Of a DNA stretch of 57,720 nt, positions 48,828 through 57,720 are shown piece after piece. The DNA is from Octopus bimaculoides (lineage: Eukaryota), in contig NC_068986.1 in assembly GCF_001194135.2 (NCBI RefSeq), forward strand, positions 109,951,243 through 110,008,962. Reading direction: 5' to 3'. The translations under genes and the position numbers were made by a program. How positions within the stretch are numbered: position 1 is the first letter of the stretch; every line of letters begins with the position of its first letter. The notes beneath the pieces are model-generated. The model saw only the letters and a list, made by a program, of their open reading frames with translations. It made no database searches and had not been told where the DNA came from.

Positions 48828-51214
48828 NNNNNNNNNNNNNNNNNNNNNNNNNNNNNNNNNNNNNNNNNNNNNNNNNNNNNNNNNNNNNNNNNNNNNNNNN
48901 NNNNNNNNNNNNNNNNNNNNNNNNNNNNNNNNNNNNNNNNNNNNNNNNNNNNNNNNNNNNNNNNNNNNNNNNNNNNNNNNNNNNNNNNNNNNNNNNNNNN
49001 NNNNNNNNNNNNNNNNNNNNNNNNNNNNNNNNNNNNNNNNNNNNNNNNNNNNNNNNNNNNNNNNNNNNNNNNNNNNNNNNNNNNNNNNNNNNNNNNNNNN
49101 NNNNNNNNNNNNNNNNNNNNNNNNNNNNNNNNNNNNNNNNNNNNNNNNNNNNNNNNNNNNNNNNNNNNNNNNNNNNNNNNNNNNNNNNNNNNNNNNNNNN
49201 NNNNNNNNNNNNNNNNNNNNNNNNNNNNNNNNNNNNNNNNNNNNNNNNNNNNNNNNNNNNNNNNNNNNNNNNNNNNNNNNNNNNNNNNNNNNNNNNNNNN
49301 NNNNNNNNNNNNNNNNNNNNNNNNNNNNNNNNNNNNNNNNNNNNNNNNNNNNNNNNNNNNNNNNNNNNNNNNNNNNNNNNNNNNNNNNNNNNNNNNNNNN
49401 NNNNNNNNNNNNNNNNNNNNNNNNNNNNNNNNNNNNNNNNNNNNNNNNNNNNNNNNNNNNNNNNNNNNNNNNNNNNNNNNNNNNNNNNNNNNNNNNNNNN
49501 NNNNNNNNNNNNNNNNNNNNNNNNNNNNNNNNNNNNNNNNNNNNNNNNNNNNNNNNNNNNNNNNNNNNNNNNNNNNNNNNNNNNNNNNNNNNNNNNNNNN
49601 TATATATATATATATGCATACTTGATGTGCATGTTTACTTACACACAGGTATCTGCATGTAGATAAATACATATATAAATATATAAATATATACATATTC
49701 ACAAACATATGTCTACATATGAGTCCATAAACATACACAAGCATACAGGCATACATATGTGTGAATGTGTATGTGCGTATGCATGTGTGTGTGCATGTGT
49801 ACGTGCCTTTGTGTGTGTGTGTGTGTGTATTTTTGGTTTTCATTGAATAGCAGCATATAAATTTAAACGGAGCAAATCTTTAGAGTTTTAATAAATTTAA
49901 AGTATTATAGTTATTTTGCGATTTAATTTATTTTATTTATTTATTTATTTCTCCAGATAGAGGAGGAAGGATGAGTTTGAAAAGATTCAACAAACACGCT
50001 TGTTTAGTTTACATTTTAATATTTCTTTCTACGTTTATATTATCGATTGAAAAACATATTCAAACAAATACACTCGTATTAGATTTAGCAATTTAATAGG
50101 AATACATGCCAGATCTCATTCTATTTCTAATATGTTGACTAAAATTATTAATATTAAAAGCTACATTACGGCAAATGTTCAGTCGAAACTGTCTTTAGAT
50201 AAAATTGCATTCTGAGAAATCACAAGAACAAGAAAATATTTTCAGTTTTTTGAAATATGAAGGATATTTCGAAAACCATTGAATTTGTTATGATGTAGCA
50301 CAAATTACACATGGACGTATGTATGTACGTACGTATGTATGTATGTATGTATGTATGTATGTATGTATTTATGTTTGTATGTGTGTGTATAGCTAAAGAC
50401 ACACATATATTTACACGCATATATTGTATATACATTTACACACATACACATTCATATAAATGAGCAGTATAAGATATGATGAGCAGGCTTGCCGTGTGTT
50501 AATTTGTGGATATACATTTGTAATGTAAAATGCTGAGCATATGTGTTAATGCAAAAGTGTACACTGATATTAATACTTCATGAAGAAGGTTGTGAAACGG
50601 CCGTAGTCCTAGGGAAGTCACGTGATTAAATAGATATACATTCACCTTTCATACTTTCTAACTTTATGTGCATAACTACATGCTTATATATATATATATA
50701 TATNNNNNNNNNNNNNNNNNNNNNNNNNNNNNNNNNNNNNNNNNNNNNNNNNNNNNNNNNNNNNNNNNNNNNNNNNNNNNNNNNNNNNNNNNNNNNNNNN
50801 NNNNNNNNNNNNNNNNNNNNNNNNNNNNNNNNNNNNNNNNNNNNNNNNNNNNNNNNNNNNNNNNNNNNNNNNNNNNNNNNNNNNNNNNNNNNNNNNNNNN
50901 NNNNNNNNNNNNNNNNNNNNNNNNNNNNNNNNNNNNNNNNNNNNNNNNNNNNNNNNNNNNNNNNNNNNNNNNNNNNNNNNNNNNNNNNNNNNNNNNNNNN
51001 NNNNNNNNNNNNNNNNNNNNNNNNNNNNNNNNNNNNNNNNNNNNNNNNNNNNNNNNNNNNNNNNNNNNNNNNNNNNNNNNNNNNNNNNNNNNNNNNNNNN
51101 NNNNNNNNNNNNNNNNNNNNNNNNNNNNNNNNNNNNNNNNNNNNNNNNNNNNNNNNNNNNNNNNNNNNNNNNNNNNNNNNNNNNNNNNNNNNNNNNNATA
51201 TATATATATATATA

Positions 51215-51350
51215 TATATAGTGAATCCGAACAAAGAACAAACAAGAAAAACAATAACGCGAGGATGTGGTACAAGTACTGTATTATCAGACGCTTAGGA
51301 AAGGAAGGAAAGAGGATTTAACGTTTCGAGCCAAGCTCTTCTTCAGACAG
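51215..51350 (-). mobile_element. Penelope-type terminal repeat fragment with an intact minimal hammerhead core
   Basis: Reverse complement CTGAAGA-A-GAGC-TTG-GCTC-GAAACGTT at 51346-51320. Confidence 0.6.
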
Positions 51351-51946
51351 AGAGGATTTGAACTTACGGAGACAATATTTGCATATTGCCCGAGGAAACA
51401 CAGCTAAATCTCATAATGTAGGGAGACGATTGCATAATCAAGTACCTGCAAACCTGGAAGCAATTTTAGTGATAGAAATTAAATATTGACTCCAATTTTT
51501 TTCAATTATCCATTCACACACGGCAGATACCCAAACACGAACCTAGGAGTACATAAAATATTAATACTGGATAGCACAGGGTGACAACTGAAGATGAACG
51601 AGCTTTACACTGTACTCTGCTATGTTTTTAACAAAATATACCAAAACTATATATATCATATCCTGATACTGTGTGGACTAAGATCCCTGTTGACAGGCCG
51701 CTGGTATTTATAGAGTGTTAACCACTTTCAGTATGCAAATTAGTGACTCCGTCATACAGTAACTGCTGCATTTGTTGAGGATATAAGCAATTTAGCTGCC
51801 TGTTTCTCTGGAGACTGTCGGAATGATGTGGACTCCTCTGATGAGAACCTAAGAAGGTTTGAAAATCGATAAATGTTGTTCATCATTTTTTTTTCAGTCT
51901 GCAGAGAAATGACTAAAATTTGTCCTGTTTATAATTATACCATATG

Positions 51947-51994
<48 letters not shown>

Positions 51995-52689
51995 TCAGTT
52001 GAATTAGGTACTTATGTTGGAGCACCAAATCAGTGCGGTATTATCCGTACAACTCAAAGCAAGGTGAATAAAATCAAAACAAGCAACAGGATATCAAGAA
52101 GTGATGCAGTACAACCATTTCAAGCGGCTCCATTTAATTGAACAATGCAATCATTACATCAATTTAAATGCTGGGATATCCTCAGCTGCATAAATAAATA
52201 GAAGTTTTTAATCGGTTGGACACATTAATATAATTTTACTCAAATTCTCTAATAGAGTATGAAGAGGGAGAAAGTCCATGTTGCTACTAATGTGACTCAG
52301 AATACACTACTCTTCTAAGAGCTGTATGAAGTTTGTTAGGGTCATAGCTTGGAAATGATTGTGGTTCACTTTAATATATTAGATATATCGGATATGAAAA
52401 TAACACATACAATAGTAGTAATAGGATCAATATTCATAGTAATATTAATAATAACAATGGTATGAATATCAATAATATTAGTAGTAGTAATTCTCCTAGT
52501 TGCAATTGTAGGGTTAAATCCCACTGTCCGTTATTAGGCCGATAGCTAACCCAAAGCGTAATCTATAAGTGTACTATCACAACTGTAGCTAGTAACTTTC
52601 TATATATAGGATGTTCAATAAATATGAAAAAAACGTATTAATAACCATTTTCATCTTTTAGGCTCAAACGTAAGGCCAATTGTACGTCC

Positions 52690-54065
52690 TTATCTAGTAA
52701 GATTTGGGAACTGAAGGAAAGCGGAATCAATTTTAGCCTTAATTGGGATATTATAAGGGAAGTGCAGCCTTACAGAGATAATCGGTACGGGTGCGATCTG
52801 TGCTCTATGGAAACTTATGAAACCTTTAAGTATAGGGACAGTTGTAGTATCATTCACATTCATCCCAGCATCAACAGGCGTATCAGTAGTCCTTGTGCTA
52901 ATATGGGCCTCAGAGCAACAATCTATATTGCATATATTAGAAGCATTAGTACCGCTGTTTCTATTTTCTACGTCACCATTAATATTATTATTCACTTTGT
53001 AGGGGTTTAAGTTGGTGTTGACATTAACATTAATCTTATTACTACATCTTGCTACTTTAATATTCTTTCTATATAACCTTGCTATGATGGTACCCATATT
53101 AAGGAGAGCAGAGTATGAGATTCTAACTGCCTTACGGAAAAAAATTCTGTTGTATCTATGGAAAGCAGGAAAGTCTTTTTTTCTAAAATTGTCATACACT
53201 TCCTATATACGTTTATGGATATGACACAGTAGAATGGGACGTTATACCAGATCAAGCCCTTATTTTCAGACTTACGGCGCATGTAAAAGTGGAATCTACC
53301 TGTTCTCTTAACGTCTTCCAAAATCGTGGCTTGATTATTACGTATGTCTCTATTACCAGTATTTTTCTTATCCTTATAGGGTAGAGCAACCTCTCCATTT
53401 CCTTTACCATTCACTAATTATCTAAACTAAAATTCATACTTGTTATAGCATCTACTTTTCTGTTGTTGCTTATTTATTTAATTTAAATTGATGGGTTTGC
53501 TGGATACTTATCTAGTTGGTATGTTTTCCCGACCAAGTAAGTTTGTAATCCCCTATCATTTAAAATTTCATTACTTTCTTTATAATTATGTGTTATACTT
53601 TCAGGACTAAGAAAAGTAATTTCCTTGTCGTATCCTGCTTTAGACAAAGCAAAGTTGTAGTGGTGGGAATGGGTCATGAAAATGCTCTTAATCGCTGATA
53701 ATTTCGTAATTCTCCTAGAAATACTTTTAATCACTGATTTTAACTCATTAGGAGGTGTTGATTTGAGAATTTGTTTACGTACATTGTAACTTCACCTGGC
53801 TTCCTATAGGGATGGTATAATCCTGAGTTAATGGCTAATGTAGCGTCTAAGAAATTTGCTATTTTGTGCCATATTCAAACGTAAATACCTAAGTTGAAGC
53901 TTCTAAAAGATGTTCTAATTCTATCCCTCATTCTTTCTATGACTGATTTATTGTCACTAGGGATAATGAACAGAGTATAATCTCTATATAAACCTCCGTG
54001 CAATTCAAGGATTTCACTTTTGAGGTACCTTAATAGATATGCACTAATTAGGTTAGTGATTTCAG
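52690..54065 (-). mobile_element. Decayed Penelope-like element (RT C-terminal half and thumb)
   Basis: GGLYRDYTL (GLYRDDGL-type), ANFLDATL, HPYRKP, SISRRITKLS, YNFALSKAGY, LIWYNVPF and VRISYS; cut on its 5' side by a microsatellite and gap. Confidence 0.85.
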
Positions 54066-54080
54066 CCATATATATCTATA

Positions 54081-54121
<41 letters not shown>

Positions 54122-54259
54122 NNNNNNNNNNNNNNNNNNNNNNNNNNNNNNNNNNNNNNNNNNNNNNNNNNNNNNNNNNNNNNNNNNNNNNNNNNNNNNN
54201 NNNNNNNNNNTATATATATATATATAAATATATATATATATAAATATATATATATATAA

Positions 54260-54290
<31 letters not shown>

Positions 54291-54483
54291 GATATATAAA
54301 TACTGAACACAGGTCACGGACACGTAAGTGTACCTAGAGCCACACTGAAATAGCAGCTAAATTTACTGCAAGTTATAGGAGACAGTCTTTTAACACAAAC
54401 GCATCTTAAAATTACTGTGCCTGAAAAAAAAAATGCTTTAATGATTACAAATCGAACGCTTTTAATCATAGGCATACTTGATC

Positions 54484-54502
54484 AGGGTTAGGGTTAGGGT
54501 TA
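54484..54502 (+). repeat. Three interstitial TTAGGG-type units
   Basis: AGGGTTAGGGTTAGGGTTA. Confidence 0.8.
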
Positions 54503-55199
54503 AATAACAAAAGCACTGCGTTGTATGACAACAGATATCGCTACTTTGCAATTGTATTTGATGGTATATTAGATGCACTTACAAAAAAACAAAAACAAAA
54601 AGGGTGAAATGTCTCAAAAAAAAAAAAAAAATCACCCCGGGTACTATATGCGAAGTTGAGCCTCCCATAAGCTAATTTGCCGCTGCCTCACTTTTTCATG
54701 AATACAGGCTGCTGAAATTTTGAGTCTGATGTGTTCTCGAGTGTTTATGTTATCAAATTCGGTAACTTAAAAACCGATCCATCGGCACCAACAAATCAAT
54801 AACAAAAAATCCCCCCACCCACCCAAAAGTCCCAACCAACGAAAATGTAAGATAACTGTGTAAATAATATATTAAATTACTGGAATTTTATTCTGTTGAA
54901 CTTAATATCCTTTCCACTCTAGATAGAAATTTCGGAGAAAGGAGCAATTCGATTATACCGACACCAATGCTGGAATATTTTTAATCATGGCTATGCACAG
55001 GCGTAGCTGACTTAGAGATAAACAACATGGACAGCAAACGTATGAGCAGAGCACTCGTCAACATCAAATGAACTTGGCTCCCCCTACACACACCTAATGG
55101 AAAACGCTACAGACGCAAACCTTATCAGTCTACCTAAAGTTAAAAGAGAAATAAGCACTATAAATTTGATGCCTAAAATATACGAAAATTGGTGAATGC

Positions 55200-56300
55200 A
55201 ATTTACCTATTGCCGGAAACAAAAACGGAGGTGACAAATGAAAACATTGACACTCCTAAATAAAGGACCAAATTTTAACCGATGCTCACGCAACTTCCCC
55301 ACAAAAGCTTGAACGTTCATTGCACTTCTATACTGCGCGCTTATTTTACAGCCATATTTTATCCTTACCCAAATGGAGACTATTACATATAATATCAGGA
55401 TTAAGGAGAACTTTGATGTGAAAGTAGCTTTGGCTCGCAACAGATAAGCTAATTCAAACAAAAGATAGACTCTTTATTTGAAGGAAAATCCGAACAATGA
55501 AAAAATATATCCGTTAAAATATAAACATTAAAAACGTTAATTACAAAATTAGACTTAGCGTAAACAAAGGAAACAACTGCAAAAGAAGAAAAAAACGAAA
55601 AAATAAAATAAAAAGAAATCAAACTATAATATACCTACAGAATAATTGATTCAGTTTACTGAATCAGAACTGAGTCAATGAAAGTTTGAATAAAAGGGAA
55701 ACGTCTAACAGTAGAAAGTTATAAAGAAGGGCATTTTGAAATGGCAATAATCTAACGGTGGAAATAATTAAGTAACGAAAATCAATATATAACCTTTACT
55801 TTAAACAAAGAAAGACTTTTTCAAAGATAAAACAAGGGATCCTCGCTACATTGCAAAGATCCGTTGTTATGAAAAGCAACAGTTTCGACTTCAACCAAAA
55901 ACTAATTTTTTTTTCTCAAAAAAATAGATAAATAAATAACTACGTAGAAATAGAAAAGAAAACAATTTAGCATCAAAACCAGAAAAATTATAAAATAAAA
56001 GGAGAGGATATTTGAGTGAGAAAAGTGTATGAGCAGTGAGTGAATCACTTTAGAAAGGATACTTAAAACAAAAGGAACAACGGTAGAATAATCGTTGGAA
56101 ATAACAGCTGAGACATTATGGAATATGAATGAGTGAAAAACACTGGGATAGAGTAATATCCAAAACTCTGGATAAAAAGCGCTTGGACAGTGCAAGAAAT
56201 AAAACCTGAATGATTTACCGATGGGCAAAACCCTTTCAATTGCAAGGCCGAAAGAAATAATAATTCTTGGGCTACACGCACATAAGCGAGAATCCAAACA
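55200..56300 (+). mobile_element. Highly degenerate Penelope-like remnant
   Basis: Short motifs in the expected order: LLNKGPNF (55250), then VMKSNSFDFNQK..SQKN (55865); many stops. Confidence 0.3.
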
Positions 56301-56762
56301 ACAAAACATTTATTCATTGTTAATGTTTTGTGGCAGATTCGAACGTGAATAATCTGGTCGCTGTTGTTATTCGACATCAGAGATCGGTATCTCTCTTTAC
56401 ACGTGGTTCACCTGTGTAAAAAGACTTCGACATCGTTACGTCTCCTCAGTGAATGCTATAAATGAATCCGATACGCACATTAGCTTATAGGAGCAAATTA
56501 TTTGTTGACGCGTATTGACGTCTGCCAAAGAGGCAATAACGTCAAAACATCGTCGGTAGTTTGGTTTCTGTTATTGGTAATCCCAGATCAGACCAAGTTT
56601 GGTTGGCTAGAACTAGGATCACTAACGTTTCAGCCGAGTCCGACCAGTATTTTTCTAAATTTATGATTACAATTTTTATTTCATTTGTTTGAGATGGTGG
56701 GATATGATGTGAAGGATATGTGGCTGATATTTCCAGCAGCTTCTCACTCCTTAGTGATCAAT

Positions 56763-56833
56763 GTAACGGCAGACATAGTAACGGCAGACATAGTAACGGC
56801 AGACATAGTAACGGCAGACATAGTAACGGCAGA
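56763..56833. repeat. 15-bp tandem repeat GTAACGGCAGACATA, 4.7 copies
   Basis: Directly counted; frame-preserving (VTADI on +, MSAVT on -). Confidence 0.97.
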
Positions 56834-57720
56834 GAAGACAGATGAACCAGACCAGTGTTTTACTCGTGTAAGCAGCGTTAAGGTGATGTTGGGGTACGAA
56901 CTTGCGAAATTTCGATCCAGCCATTCATGCGGTAGTCTGCAGTCAATTCTGACTTGAATTTATTTCAGCCATAAAAATGACTAAATAAAGAGGAATAATT
57001 CTTCTCCAGCAAAGCGGTGTGCAAATTATGATTTTTAACATGAAAATCGAACTTGCGGAAAAACAAAAGAGTTTTATGATGTCTCAATTGGCGCCATTTG
57101 TTCTCCATTCCAGATGTAGACACCAGCACTGCTTTCCCTCAGTGTTCAATTACAAACTAACCAACGCATATTTTCTATTATGTCAGTCTATTTTTGGTTG
57201 GCAATTGATCTCAAGTATAAAGTGTTTTATACGAAATATCAGTCACGTGGATCAAAGGTGACTAATGTATGGAACTATTGAAAGCGAAAGAAAAAAGTTC
57301 AAAATAATAAATATGAGAAAATTCGAGTAGTGTGTTATAGACTATGTGTACGTGTGCGGGTGTATATGTAGAGGTAGAGAGAAAAAAGGAAGGGAGGGAG
57401 ACGAGATATGAAAGAACTGTAAGGGAGAGAGAGAGAGAAGGGATATAAGACGGCAAGAGGGTCATTGAAAGAAAGAAAGAAAGGCATAGCGGTGGGAATT
57501 GGTAAAAAAATGAGATTGCTAGATATACAAACAGATATGCAGACATTTTGGTACACCACACATGCACGTTAACAAGCACACAGACACACATTCACACACA
57601 CACACACACACATACACACATACACACAAACACGTGCGTAGCCAAATATATCATTACGCACACGCATATAAATAATGCATAGATAATAGATAGTACAATA
57701 TATATATATATATATATATA

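Overview
This is AT-rich, microsatellite-dense eukaryotic genomic DNA with nine N-gaps, each flanked by simple repeats. The SINE and LINE families resemble those I recall from octopus/cephalopod genomes (inference, not a database result). No intact protein-coding gene can be proven from sequence alone, and most long ORFs in the track are microsatellite or N-gap artefacts. The supportable content is mostly decayed mobile DNA. There are three L1-Tx1-type elements: a 3'-truncated copy with ORF1 and ORF2 (1950-6500, -), a 5'-truncated ORF2 copy (18120-20399, +), and an ORF1-only 1.43-kb element with a target-site duplication (TSD) (25658-27085, +). There are also two RTE-type LINE fragments, several Penelope-like fragments with hammerhead-like cores, a Gypsy integrase fragment, a possible Helitron N-terminal fragment, a Tc1/mariner-type MITE, a foldback element, at least five SINE families (about 25 copies) and short minisatellites. 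The most interesting observation is a shared 3' tail ending AAAGAAAT in the Tx1 LINE, the ORF1-only element and one SINE subfamily. Together with 15-16-bp TSDs on two of them, this suggests a three-component LINE / half-LINE / SINE retroposition system. A few phase-compatible candidate exons on the minus strand may belong to a host gene, but they are unverified.
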